A stretch of 64,000 nucleotides of DNA, taken from NCBI GenBank assembly GCA_947647555.1, contig CANSKT010000001.1, positions 31,969 through 95,968 on the forward strand. The letters are read 5' to 3'. Shown here piece by piece: positions 28,508 to 41,306 of this stretch. The notes beneath the pieces were generated by a model. The model made no database searches. It saw nothing but the letters and a program-made list of their open reading frames with translations, and was not told the DNA's origin. The stretch comes from an uncultured Peptococcaceae bacterium. GTDB taxonomy: Bacteria > Bacillota > Dehalobacteriia > UBA4068 > UBA4997. The translations under genes and the position numbers were made by a program. The number at the start of each line of letters is the position of its first letter. The first letter of the stretch is position 1.

Positions 28508-29965
28508 TTAAGCGCGCTTCTCCTCCATTTCTGGAATATCCAGCGGCTGTAAATTAAGTACATGCCGCTTAACCTGACCGCTTTCATTATGTAAAGCCGC
28601 ATTAGCATTGGCCAGCATCAGCTTAATCCGGTTCTCCTGATTGGTACGGGAAGCGCCGGGGTCATAATCAATCGCTACAATGTTGGCCTCCGGGTGGCGC
28701 TCTTTAACCGCCCTAATCATACCCTTAGCAACGATATGATTAGGCAGACAGCCAAAAGGCTGCGCCGACACAATATTATTCACGCCGCTTTCAATCAAAT
28801 CCAGCATTTCGCCCGTAAGCAGCCAGCCCTCGCCCATTTTAACGCCCTCGCCAATGCAGCCTTTGGCCGCGCGCTGAACCTGCCCAAAAGTGGCCGGCGG
28901 CATAAAAGTACCGTCCAGACGGATAACATTGCGCATGGCCTGCTGACCAATCGTCAGCAGCTTAAACAAAGGTTTCAGCAGGCAGCTTTTCAGAGTTGTA
29001 CGGCTATAAAGTTTGGCGTCCACAAAATTGTTATTCAAGCTATACAGCATAAAATCCAAAACCCCAGTAACCACCGGCTGCGCCCCCTGACTAATCAGGT
29101 AACTTTCCAAATCATTGTTACCCAGCGGCGCATATTTCATATAAATCTCGCCCACAATACCAACCTTGGGCTTAACCACATTCTGTCGCTTAATCTGCTT
29201 AAAGGCGTTTACAATCTTAAAATAATTCGGCCCCAGCAGCAGATACTGCCCCGTGGCAAAGGCATAATCAAGCTGATTGGTGATAATCTCCACAACCTTA
29301 TCCGTATGCCCCGGCACTTCCTCATAAGGCTTGCACTGATTTTTCAGCCATAAAATCATGTCGCCGTAATAACAGGCAAACAGACAACGCAGCAACGTGC
29401 CCTTGCTTAAATAAAAACCGCCCTCGGCCTGCAACTTATCCAGCCGCAAAGCAATCACGGGAATATGTGAAAGGCCGTTCTTCTCCAGTGCCTTGCGCAG
29501 CAGATAAATATAATTGCTGGCGCGGCAGCCGCCGCCCGTCTGGGGCAACAACAAGGCAATCTTATCCAAATCATACTTGCCGCTTTTGATAGCGTCCAAA
29601 AGCTGGCCGATTGCCAACAGCGCCGGATAACAGGTGTCGTTATGCACATTCTGCAAACCATGCTCCGTCACACTATAACCAACATTCTCCAAAAATTCAA
29701 TATTGTAGCCCTGACGACGCAAAATACCGCCAATCAGCTTAAAATGAACCGGCAACATCTGCGGTACCAAAATAGTATAATCGCGCTTCATATCCGCCGT
29801 AAACTGGCGCAGGGGCATTTCATGCTCATGCAGCGGCATTTCCAATTCTTCGCGCTCGGCCTGGCTGAAAATAATTTCCCAAAGCGAGGTAAACGGTTCC
29901 GCCAGGCGGTTTAGATGTGCCTGCAAATTCTGGTTATTATCGGTTTTGTCTGACTTTTTCGACAT
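28508..29965 (-). CDS. 2-hydroxyacyl-CoA dehydratase-like (HgdB/DUF2229-type) protein, partner of the upstream activase-like protein
   Basis: Sequence resembles the dehydratase-component-like part of the widespread CoA-substrate-specific enzyme activase family. The preferred start is the ATG at 29965 (MSKKSDK...), 8 nt after SD gggagga. The track ORF extends to 30037. Confidence 0.6.
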   Translation of the reverse strand: MSKKSDKTDNNQNLQAHLNRLAEPFTSLWEIIFSQAEREELEMPLHEHEMPLRQFTADMKRDYTILVPQMLPVHFKLIGGILRRQGYNIEFLENVGYSVTEHGLQNVHNDTCYPALLAIGQLLDAIKSGKYDLDKIALLLPQTGGGCRASNYIYLLRKALEKNGLSHIPVIALRLDKLQAEGGFYLSKGTLLRCLFACYYGDMILWLKNQCKPYEEVPGHTDKVVEIITNQLDYAFATGQYLLLGPNYFKIVNAFKQIKRQNVVKPKVGIVGEIYMKYAPLGNNDLESYLISQGAQPVVTGVLDFMLYSLNNNFVDAKLYSRTTLKSCLLKPLFKLLTIGQQAMRNVIRLDGTFMPPATFGQVQRAAKGCIGEGVKMGEGWLLTGEMLDLIESGVNNIVSAQPFGCLPNHIVAKGMIRAVKERHPEANIVAIDYDPGASRTNQENRIKLMLANANAALHNESGQVKRHVLNLQPLDIPEMEEKRA

Positions 29966-30042
29966 GATTTCATTCCTCCCTTGCAAATCACCGCCGTCTT
30001 TCCGATAATAAAACAGCAGCTCATTGCTATTTTGCATTAATT

Positions 30043-33009
30043 TTAAGCGTTTTGTTTTAAATTATTTTCCTGTTTTTCCATCGCCGCCAAAAGGCTGCGC
30101 GCTCTTATTTTAACCGCCGCCAGATTATTAACCTCGTCAATCTTCAGCTGCGTATAAATTTTGCCATTTCGCTCTAAAATATCTTTCAATTCGTCGCTGG
30201 TAATCGCGTCCAGACCACAGCCGAAGCTAACCAACTGCACCAGCTGCATGTTATCATGCCGGCAGACATAGCGCGCCGCATTATACATGCGCGTGTGGAA
30301 AGTCCACTGATTAAGCACATTCACTTTCTGGCTATACACCAAATCGGTCAAAACACGCTCCGCCAACACCACAAAACCCAGCGAATTAAACATCTTATCA
30401 ATACTATGGTTAATCTCTCTATCCACATGATAGGGTCGGCCGGCCAGCACCACGACATTCCAGCCCATTTCCTCCGCCCGGCGCAGCGCCTGCACGCCGT
30501 AATCCTCCACATCAGACCACCAGCTGCGATAAAAACGCCAGGCCTGATTAGCCGCCGTAATACAATGCGCCAATGAGAAATTGAACTCCGGATACAAATC
30601 ATGAAAACGGCTGCCCAAAATAGCCCGGTCATTCAAACTCAAATACGGAAACATGAAATTAACGTCTTTCAGCGCCGGCACATTGGCATGCAGCAGCTCC
30701 GGATAATAAGCCACCACCGGGCAGTTATAATTCTTGTCGCCGCGCCCCTCGTCAATGTTATAGCTGGAGCAGGGATAAAAAATCCTGTCCACCCCTTTAG
30801 CCAGCAACGCCTCAATATGCCCATGCGCCAGCTTGGCCGGATAACAAACCGTATCCGAGGGAATTGTAAACTGCCCCTTGGCGTAAAGCTGCCGCGATGA
30901 CTCGCCGGAAATTACCACATTACAACCCAATTCCTTAAAAAAGGTATACCAGAACGGCAAATTCTCATACATATTCAAAACCAGCGGAATACCCACCGTC
31001 GGCCGCCCCGGCTCAACCGTCGCCTCGGCCTCCAGCATCAATTCCTTAAATTTGCCGTTAATATATTCATACACATTTGGCCTGTCCAGCGGTTTACCGC
31101 CCTGTCCGCGCTCACATTTATTACCGCTGATAAAGCGCCGACCGTTGGGGAACAAATTCACCGTCAGCGAGCAATGGTTGGCACAGCCCTGGCAGGTTAC
31201 CGGCTTGGCCTGATGCTGAAAAGCCGCCACCTCCGCCGCCGACATAATACTGGATTGCTCCCTGCCCAACGCCTGATGCCGCTCCTGAGCATAAAGCGCC
31301 GCGCCAAAAGCACCCATCAGGCCGGCAATATTCGGCCGCACCACATTATAACCCAATTCCCTCTCAAAACTGCGCAAAACAGCGTCATTCAAAAAGGTAC
31401 CGCCCTGCACCACAATATTCCGCCCCAACTCGCTGGCGCTATGTACGCGCAGAACCTTATAAATCGCATTCTTCACCACACTGATAGCCAGCCCGGCGCT
31501 GACGTCGCCAATCTCCGCGCCGTCGCGTTGCGCCTGCTTCACCGATGAATTCATAAATACCGTACAGCGCGAGCCCAAATCCACCGGCCGCCGGGCAAAC
31601 AGCGCCAGTCGGGCAAAATCAGCCGGCGAGTATCCCAGCGCCTCGGCGAAAGTCTGGATAAACGAGCCGCAGCCCGAACTGCAAGCCTCATTCAAAACAA
31701 TGCTGTCAATCGTGTTGTTACGAATGGTAAAGCATTTCATATCCTGACCGCCAATGTCAATGATGTAATCCACCTGCGGCTCAAAAAAATGTGCGGCCGT
31801 AAAATGCGCCACCGTTTCCACCAGACCATAATCAATATTAAACGCGTTCTGGATTAACTCCTCGCCGTATCCCGTAACCGCACCGGCGCGCAGTTCAATA
31901 TCATCGCCCAAAAGTTCATAGATATGCAAAAGCTGGGCTTTGATAATCGGCAGAGGGTTGCCCTGATTGCTGGCGTAATAGGTATAAAGCAGATTGCCGT
32001 TCTCACTAATCAGCGCCAGTTTGGAAGTGGTACTACCCACGTCAATCCCCAGATAGGCCGCACCGCGGTAAGTTTTAATATCGGCCTCCGGTACCGCGTT
32101 GCGCCGGTGCCTATCCTGAAACTGCGCATATTCTGCTTCGTCCGTAAAAAGCGGCGACAAAAAGCGGCTTTTCCCCTTAATTGCCGATTGCGAGTCCAAC
32201 AAAAGTTTTTTCAGCTGCTTATAATTAAAAGTTTCCGGCTGACCGTCCGCATAAACAGCCGCGCCCAAAGCCACAAAATATTGACCCAACTCCGGAAAAA
32301 CCGCATTTTCCTCGTCTAACTGTAAAGTTTCAATAAAACGCTGCCGCAGACCCATATTAAAGGAAAGTGGCCCACCCAAAAAGAGCACGCGACCTTCAAT
32401 CCGCCGCCCCTGCGCCAGACCGGTCACCGTCTGTTCCGCTACTGCCTGATAAATGCTGGCTGCGATATCCTCCTTGGCGGCGCCCTGATTTATCAGCGGC
32501 TGAATATCCGTCTTGGCAAAAACACCGCAACGAGAAGCAATCGGGTAAATCTTTTTATAACGCTGACTTAACTCGTCCAATTCCTCCACGCTGACATTCA
32601 GCAACGTGGCCATCTGGTCAATAAATGCACCCGTACCGCCGGCGCAGGTGCCATTCATGCGCTCCTCCATGCCGCCGGTTAAAAACAGAATTTTAGCGTC
32701 CTCGCCACCCAACTCAATCACCACATCGGTGTCCGGCTCCAACTCCTCAACCGCGCCGGAAAGCGCATAAACCTCCTGCACAAAAGGTATGCCGCTGGCT
32801 TCAGCCAAAGACATACCAGCCGAGCCGCTAATCGCCACCTTAACCGTATGATTGTTCAAAAGCAGCGCCAGACCGCCGATAATCTCCGTCAATTTTTCGG
32901 CAATTCTGGAGCCATGCCGCTGATAAGTTGAGTATAACAGCGCGCCGGCATCGTTAATCAGCACCACCTTAATCGTCGTGGAGCCAATATCAATACCCAA
33001 TCTATACAT
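30043..33009 (-). CDS. Acyl-CoA dehydratase activase-related protein (two BcrAD/BadFG ATPase modules + Cys-rich/DUF2229-like C-terminal region)
   Basis: Two ASKHA ATPase N-termini (YRLGIDIGSTTIKVVL and AYLGIDVGSTTSKLALI) and the Cys motif CQGCANHCSL. The preferred start is the ATG at 33009, 7 nt after SD ggaggtg. The track ORF starts at 33063. Confidence 0.75.
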   Translation of the reverse strand: MYRLGIDIGSTTIKVVLINDAGALLYSTYQRHGSRIAEKLTEIIGGLALLLNNHTVKVAISGSAGMSLAEASGIPFVQEVYALSGAVEELEPDTDVVIELGGEDAKILFLTGGMEERMNGTCAGGTGAFIDQMATLLNVSVEELDELSQRYKKIYPIASRCGVFAKTDIQPLINQGAAKEDIAASIYQAVAEQTVTGLAQGRRIEGRVLFLGGPLSFNMGLRQRFIETLQLDEENAVFPELGQYFVALGAAVYADGQPETFNYKQLKKLLLDSQSAIKGKSRFLSPLFTDEAEYAQFQDRHRRNAVPEADIKTYRGAAYLGIDVGSTTSKLALISENGNLLYTYYASNQGNPLPIIKAQLLHIYELLGDDIELRAGAVTGYGEELIQNAFNIDYGLVETVAHFTAAHFFEPQVDYIIDIGGQDMKCFTIRNNTIDSIVLNEACSSGCGSFIQTFAEALGYSPADFARLALFARRPVDLGSRCTVFMNSSVKQAQRDGAEIGDVSAGLAISVVKNAIYKVLRVHSASELGRNIVVQGGTFLNDAVLRSFERELGYNVVRPNIAGLMGAFGAALYAQERHQALGREQSSIMSAAEVAAFQHQAKPVTCQGCANHCSLTVNLFPNGRRFISGNKCERGQGGKPLDRPNVYEYINGKFKELMLEAEATVEPGRPTVGIPLVLNMYENLPFWYTFFKELGCNVVISGESSRQLYAKGQFTIPSDTVCYPAKLAHGHIEALLAKGVDRIFYPCSSYNIDEGRGDKNYNCPVVAYYPELLHANVPALKDVNFMFPYLSLNDRAILGSRFHDLYPEFNFSLAHCITAANQAWRFYRSWWSDVEDYGVQALRRAEEMGWNVVVLAGRPYHVDREINHSIDKMFNSLGFVVLAERVLTDLVYSQKVNVLNQWTFHTRMYNAARYVCRHDNMQLVQLVSFGCGLDAITSDELKDILERNGKIYTQLKIDEVNNLAAVKIRARSLLAAMEKQENNLKQNA

Positions 33010-33219
33010 GCAAACACCTCCGGGCAAATATTTCCGCTTCAAGTTGTCGAGTTTTTCGATCATGTTTCTTCCTATTATAATATATATTTTTAAAAAAATC
33101 TAGTCTTTTTTTCTACTTGTCAAAAATTATAATTTGGAGTATAATAATGTAAGCACGTTCTTGCAGCCAAGCCGTCACCCGTTGACATTGGCAATAAATT
33201 TTTTAGGGAGGCACATTTT

Positions 33220-33597
33220 ATGCCAACAACTGTTAATATTTTACTTAATTTGCTCGTTATCGCTTTGATTTTTGTGGCTATCGCAGCCATCGTCATCAGT
33301 AAACTGCGTGAGAAACCATTGGAATGGCCAGATTTGGCTAGTTATGGCCAACCGCGTGAGCTTTGGCTGGAGGGCATGGAGGATTTAGACGTTTTCCCAC
33401 AGTATGGCTATCATCGTTATCGTGATGTTTATTTAAACATGCGCCGTATTCCGATTGTGGTTGTGGAACCGCAGATTATTAATGACCAGCTTTGCTACCA
33501 TTTTTATGATGTAAAGACAGGCGCGGAGGGTTATGATATCCCACAGTTTGTAATGCTTCTGGGCAATGAAACTCCGGCCAAGATTGTTAGCTTTTAG
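33220..33597 (+). CDS. Hypothetical membrane-anchored protein
   Basis: 125 aa with N-terminal TM helix NILLNLLVIALIFVAIAAIVI and SD gggagg upstream. No recognisable motif. Promoter candidate is TTGTCA-17-TATAAT near 33118..33146. Confidence 0.4.
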   Translation: MPTTVNILLNLLVIALIFVAIAAIVISKLREKPLEWPDLASYGQPRELWLEGMEDLDVFPQYGYHRYRDVYLNMRRIPIVVVEPQIINDQLCYHFYDVKTGAEGYDIPQFVMLLGNETPAKIVSF

Positions 33598-33609
33598 GGA
33601 GGATATCCG

Positions 33610-33936
33610 ATGAAAAAATTTGACGCAAACTACCAGCTGCTTGCGGACATGTATCAAGATGATTATTTTCCCGATTTTCTGGTGGATAAAATTAAAAGTC
33701 TGCTGCAACAGGTCATTGACCTGCTGGAAACCGGGGAAACCGACCTGACGATTATTCAGAACAAGTTTGACGAAGCTGTGGAGTCTATCAATGATTTGCA
33801 GGACGAATTTGAAGAGAACGAAAGCGAGATTGAAACCGTGGCTCGTGACAGTATCGGAATAAGTGTCGATTATATCCTGCACTGGTTTGGTATTGATATT
33901 GACGTTGAGGACGCTATCGGCGCACGTGACTGGTAA
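33610..33936 (+). CDS. Hypothetical small acidic protein (possibly DUF5713-like)
   Basis: 108 aa, very acidic, SD gggagga upstream. The ending ...ETVARDSIGISVDYILHWFGIDIDVEDAIGARDW resembles from memory a conserved Firmicute family of unknown function. Confidence 0.4.
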   Translation: MKKFDANYQLLADMYQDDYFPDFLVDKIKSLLQQVIDLLETGETDLTIIQNKFDEAVESINDLQDEFEENESEIETVARDSIGISVDYILHWFGIDIDVEDAIGARDW

Positions 33937-34001
33937 ACGATTATAAAAATAAAAAAATCCCTTAATAATAATTATTAAGGGATTTTTTATTTATGCTTGA
34001 G

Positions 34002-34415
34002 TTATTTCAGTTTGCTGGCCTTAATACGATTAATGGCTCGATGCAGAGAAAGCTCACAGCGCAGCAAATCTAAATCTTTTCTGCTGCTGGGGTCATGCAT
34101 ACGCTCCTCCGCTCTGGCCTTAGCGGCCTGTGCTCTGGCCACATTAATCTCCTCGGCGCGCTCGGCTGCCTCAGCCAACACAATAACCGTATTGTCCTTA
34201 ACCTCGGCAAAACCACCGCTTACCGTCAGATATCGGTCAGTATTAGCCTGATTATATTTCACAATGCCAATATCCAATGTCGTCATCAAAGGAGCGTGGT
34301 TTTTCAAAACGCCCATGGAGCCTTTGCTCGCCGGCAGATTTACCTTCGCCACATTCTCAGACATCAACAAACCGGCAGGTGTAACAATATCCAAGCGGAT
34401 TACATCTTCAGCCAT
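34002..34415 (-). CDS. atpC: F1Fo ATP synthase subunit epsilon
   Basis: 137 aa, directly downstream of atpD. The N-terminal beta-sandwich and C-terminal helical ARAEERM pattern are typical. Confidence 0.9.
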   Translation of the reverse strand: MAEDVIRLDIVTPAGLLMSENVAKVNLPASKGSMGVLKNHAPLMTTLDIGIVKYNQANTDRYLTVSGGFAEVKDNTVIVLAEAAERAEEINVARAQAAKARAEERMHDPSSRKDLDLLRCELSLHRAINRIKASKLK

Positions 34416-34418
34416 AGC

Positions 34419-35819
<1,401 letters not shown>

Positions 35820-35862
35820 TCAACCTCCTTAAAAGCAGGGTTCTTTTTATCATCGTGCTGCT

Positions 35863-36750
35863 TTATTCAAGCGCAGCAGCACCGCCGACAATCTCGGTAA
35901 TTTCTGTCGTAATCTGTGCCTGACGCGCCCGGTTGAGTGAAAGCGTCAGTTTATCAATTAATTCAGAGGCGTTGTCGGTCGCCGAATCCATCGCCGTCAT
36001 ACGAGCGCCATGCTCACCGGCTTTGGCTTCCAAAAGCAGACGGTAAATAGAGGAGTCTACATATTTGGGCAAAATAACGTCCAAAATCTCCTTGCCGCCC
36101 GGCTCAAATATATAATCAGTTTCAGCCTGCATGCCATTCCCGTCAGCTTCAGCCTCGGCCTTTTCAATTCGCTGAATAGGCAACACCTGCTGACAATCCG
36201 GCACCTGTGTTAACACTGAAACAAACCGAGAGTACACAACATGAACCTCGTCAACCTCACCATCAAGGTATTTTTTGATTACATAATCACTCAGCGCCTT
36301 ACCTTGGCTGACATTGGGCGCATCACCAATGTTGGTAAACACGTCCATAACATTAAACTGCGGCCGTGTGCGGAAATGCTCATAGGTTTTGTTGCCAATC
36401 AGCAGCATCTCGCCTTTTTTGCCCTCCGGCACAGCTTTCAGCTGCTCCTCAGCAAACCGCAGCAGGTTGATATTGTAGCCGCCGCAAAGACCACGGTCAC
36501 CGGCAATTACAATATACAAAATATTTTTCACCTCATCACGAGGCTGCAAAAACGGAGTATCATATTTCTCGCCGCCGGCAAGCAGGTGGTCCATAACCTC
36601 CTGAATTTTATCCGAATAAGGGCGTATCGCCACCAGGGTAGACTGCGTTTTGCGCAGCTTGGCCGCGGAAACCATCTTCATGGCTTTCGTGATTTTCTGG
36701 GTGCTGGCAACGCTCTTAATGCGGCGTCTGATGTCACGCATATTAGCCAA
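35863..36750 (-). CDS. atpG: F1Fo ATP synthase subunit gamma
   Basis: 295 aa. Typical N-terminus MANMRDIRRRIKSVASTQKITKAMKMVSAAKLRK and C-terminus ITTEITEIVGGAAAL. Confidence 0.93.
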   Translation of the reverse strand: MANMRDIRRRIKSVASTQKITKAMKMVSAAKLRKTQSTLVAIRPYSDKIQEVMDHLLAGGEKYDTPFLQPRDEVKNILYIVIAGDRGLCGGYNINLLRFAEEQLKAVPEGKKGEMLLIGNKTYEHFRTRPQFNVMDVFTNIGDAPNVSQGKALSDYVIKKYLDGEVDEVHVVYSRFVSVLTQVPDCQQVLPIQRIEKAEAEADGNGMQAETDYIFEPGGKEILDVILPKYVDSSIYRLLLEAKAGEHGARMTAMDSATDNASELIDKLTLSLNRARQAQITTEITEIVGGAAALE

Positions 36751-36838
36751 AGCAATCTCACCACCTTTACGCTGTAATCGAAATCAAATATCAAGGCTTT
36801 AGTCAGGGCAAAGCCAACCGCCTTGCCCTGCCGCCGCT

Positions 36839-38350
<1,512 letters not shown>

Positions 38351-38399
38351 TCACCTCTCTAAGTTCAAGTTCTAACTTAAATTTATTACAACGTCCTGC

Positions 38400-38942
38400 T
38401 TATTCCACCGTCAGCGATTCTTTTAAAGAACGCAGCTGCTGGCTAATGCTGGCGTCATATACTGTATCATCAATCTGCACCTTAATGCCCCCGATAAGAT
38501 TTTTATCCACCTGAGCCTTAAGGCGAATTTTGGCGTTCAATTTATTCGCCAGAGCCTTTTCCAACTCTGCCGCTTCTTTGTCTGCCAGCGGCACCGCCGT
38601 ATGCACCAAAACCTGACGCACACCGTCCGCCTCATCACAAAGTTCCTGATAAGCCGCCAAAAATTCCGGCAAACTGCTTTCATGCCCCTTGTCCAGAATT
38701 ACATAAATGAAATTCTCCACGTCCTTGGGCGCGTTATCCTTGGCCAAAAGCTGGCCAATTAACTTTTTTTTGTCAGAAGTTGACATGATTTTGCCATAAA
38801 TCAGCTGGCTAAGCTCATCATTTTGCTGCAACAACTCCACAAAATCATGCAATGCACGACCAAAATCGGCCTGTTGCTGTTTGGCCTGCGCCAGTTCCAG
38901 CAAAGCTTTGGCATAGCGTTTTGTCAAACCGGCCTTAATCAT
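38400..38942 (-). CDS. atpH: F1Fo ATP synthase subunit delta (OSCP)
   Basis: Operon position plus the RYAKALLELA N-terminal motif. The preferred start is the ATG at 38942, which overlaps the atpF stop (ATGATTAA). The track ORF extends to 38975. Confidence 0.8.
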   Translation of the reverse strand: MIKAGLTKRYAKALLELAQAKQQQADFGRALHDFVELLQQNDELSQLIYGKIMSTSDKKKLIGQLLAKDNAPKDVENFIYVILDKGHESSLPEFLAAYQELCDEADGVRQVLVHTAVPLADKEAAELEKALANKLNAKIRLKAQVDKNLIGGIKVQIDDTVYDASISQQLRSLKESLTVE

Positions 38943-39423
38943 TTTTTGCCGCCACCTCTGCAATATATTTGTCAACCAAAGCCATATGCTGCTTATCGCT
39001 CATATCCTCAGCCAACAAACGGCCAGCCACAGATACCACCATATCCGCAACCTCGCCTTTGATAGCCAGAATAGCATCGGCTTTTTCCTTGGCAATTTCA
39101 GCCTCTGCCCGAGCCAGAATACTATCCGCGGAATTTCTGGCCTGCGCCAAAATATCTTCCTTGGTAACTTCCGCATTCTTCTGGGCTTCGTCCAAAATAG
39201 CCTTGGCCTGACGTCTGGCGTCGGCAATTTCCTCCGCCAGCTTTGCGCTCATCTGCTCGGCCTCCCGGCGCGCTTCATCAGCCTTATTCAGGCTGTCGTC
39301 AATGGTCTGTTGCCGAGAATCAATCATGCGGATAACCGGACCCCACATGAATTTATATAAAATAGCCACGAGAATTAAAAAATTCGCCATGACAAATATT
39401 AATGTCTGAATACTGATATCCAT
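38935..39423 (-). CDS. atpF: F1Fo ATP synthase subunit b
   Basis: Single N-terminal TM helix (LIFVMANFLILVAILYKFMW) and a long charged helix. The preferred start is the ATG at 39423, after SD aaaggagg. The track ORF extends to 39477. Confidence 0.8.
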   Translation of the reverse strand: MDISIQTLIFVMANFLILVAILYKFMWGPVIRMIDSRQQTIDDSLNKADEARREAEQMSAKLAEEIADARRQAKAILDEAQKNAEVTKEDILAQARNSADSILARAEAEIAKEKADAILAIKGEVADMVVSVAGRLLAEDMSDKQHMALVDKYIAEVAAKND

Positions 39424-39537
39424 AAAAGGCGGTTGCCTCCTTTCGGTTGATACTCTTTGTTGGAATTGACGCTGCACTGCTCATGCGCCCATGCATACGC
39501 AGAGCGCACAGGCAGGCAGGTCAACAAATAGCTTTTA

Positions 39538-39774
39538 TTAACCGATGTTGCCAACAATCATGAAAGCAATCAGCAGACCATAAATGGTCAAAGCTTCCAA
39601 CAAAGCCATTGCCAAAATCATAGCTGTACGAATGTCACCAGCAGCCTCAGGCTGACGAGCGATACTCTCCATAGCAGCAGCACCAACCTTGCCCTGGCCC
39701 AAAGCCGGGAAGATAGTGGAAACAGCGATAGCCAAGGCAGCCGCCAAAGCGATAATTGCACTTGCCATATCCAT
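39538..39774 (-). CDS. atpE: F1Fo ATP synthase subunit c
   Basis: 78-aa hairpin proteolipid with the RQPE loop and a conserved carboxylate in LLEALTIYGLLIAF. Confidence 0.92.
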   Translation of the reverse strand: MDMASAIIALAAALAIAVSTIFPALGQGKVGAAAMESIARQPEAAGDIRTAMILAMALLEALTIYGLLIAFMIVGNIG

Positions 39775-39895
39775 ATTAGAACTCCTCCTTTCTAAATCCG
39801 GGGCCTAAAAATCCCAACGGACTTTAAAACTTTATACGAATAATACTTAAACGAGAAAACAATTTTTTAGTTCGGGCCAAAATCGAATAACCAAA

Positions 39896-40567
39896 TTAAT
39901 GCCCTGCGCTGGTTGCCGTGTCAATATAAATGGCAGAAAGCATGGTGAACACCAACGCCTGAATAAAGCCAAAAAGCATACTCAATCCCATAATGACGAT
40001 TGGCGCCCCCAGAGGAATTAACCCACTAACCTGGTGCAGCACCGTTTCTTCACCATAGATATTGCCGAAAAGACGCAAAGAAAGAGATAACGGGTGCGTG
40101 ACCTCTTCCAGCAGCATCAAAGGCAGCAGCGGTGCTACTGGCTTCACAAAATGCCCTAAATAATGCACGCCATGATATTTGAAACCGCCATACTGCGTGG
40201 TTAAAAACGTAACCAAAGCCAAACCTACCGTACAGCTAAGCGTACCCGTTGGCGGCTGAAAACCTGGCAGTTCGCCGGCAAACGGCAAAAGACCGCTGTA
40301 ATTGGAAACGATAATATACAAAAACAATGTTCCCAAAACCGGCAAGAAAGTTGTGGCTTTCTCTTTACCAATAATACTGCCATAAAAATCGCGCAAGCCG
40401 CCCACCACGTATTCCAGCGCGCTTTGCAAGCGGCCAGGCTGACGTTCTTTCAGATTGCGCGTACCAGCAATCGCCACCACACTCAACACGGCTGTAATCG
40501 CCAGAGAAGTGGTCATTACGCTATCTACCTCAAAGCCGCCGATTTCAAACAAAGTAGCGTTAGACAT
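39896..40567 (-). CDS. atpB: F1Fo ATP synthase subunit a
   Basis: 223-aa polytopic membrane protein with the conserved LSLSLRLFGNIYGEE segment (essential Arg). Confidence 0.9.
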   Translation of the reverse strand: MSNATLFEIGGFEVDSVMTTSLAITAVLSVVAIAGTRNLKERQPGRLQSALEYVVGGLRDFYGSIIGKEKATTFLPVLGTLFLYIIVSNYSGLLPFAGELPGFQPPTGTLSCTVGLALVTFLTTQYGGFKYHGVHYLGHFVKPVAPLLPLMLLEEVTHPLSLSLRLFGNIYGEETVLHQVSGLIPLGAPIVIMGLSMLFGFIQALVFTMLSAIYIDTATSAGH

Positions 40568-40722
40568 ATATACCTGCCTCCTTTCTTTGCAAACTTAATG
40601 TAAAATATTTAAAAACTTTTTTTACATTCCACTTTTCAGGATTTTTAAGGTTTTTACCAAATCCACATATAAAACTAAAACTTGAAAGAACCAAAATATT
40701 TAATAAGCAAAAGCTGAAAAAG

Positions 40723-41076
40723 CTATTTTTTACCCAGCCGTTTATTAACGCCCGTGCAGGCCAGCAACAGCTGAAAGAATATAGTCAGCATAACGCCCAC
40801 GGCCAGCAGGATAAAATCCCAACGAAACGGCAGCCAATCTCTGGCCAGAAACAGCGCCAGCAAAACCAGAACATCAAGCAAATATTTGCTGACATAAAAT
40901 TTCAAAATAGCATTCAGAGTTTTGCGATTAACCTCTTTGGCGTCTGCGCCGGCAGCCAAAGCCTCCGCCGCTTTCTTATCCTGACGTTTAAGCACAGACA
41001 AAAGCAAAGCCAGGGCAAGCAATGCTAAAACGCCGCCAATAGCTGTTCCCAGCAGCAGCGCATAAACAATCTCCAT
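40723..41076 (-). CDS. AtpI/AtpZ-like small membrane protein at the head of the atp operon
   Basis: 117 aa from the ATG at 41076 (SD gggagg 9 nt upstream). Has hydrophobic helices and sits upstream of atpB. The track ORF extends to 41181. Confidence 0.45.
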   Translation of the reverse strand: MEIVYALLLGTAIGGVLALLALALLLSVLKRQDKKAAEALAAGADAKEVNRKTLNAILKFYVSKYLLDVLVLLALFLARDWLPFRWDFILLAVGVMLTIFFQLLLACTGVNKRLGKK

Positions 41077-41306
41077 AAAGCCCTGACCTCCCGTCAATTT
41101 CTGCCACCTGACAGCATTTTTTTGGCCTGTCCATTTTAATAAAAAATGTATAAAGCCGCTTCTCCAATTATTATTATACAAAAGAGGACGGCAAAAGGCA
41201 ATAGCAAAATTCCATTTTACGCAAAATTTTTCAAAAATATTTTATTTTAGCAAACAAAAAAAGCAATGACGGCCAATTTCATGACCGCCATTGTTATTTT
41301 TTTCAT

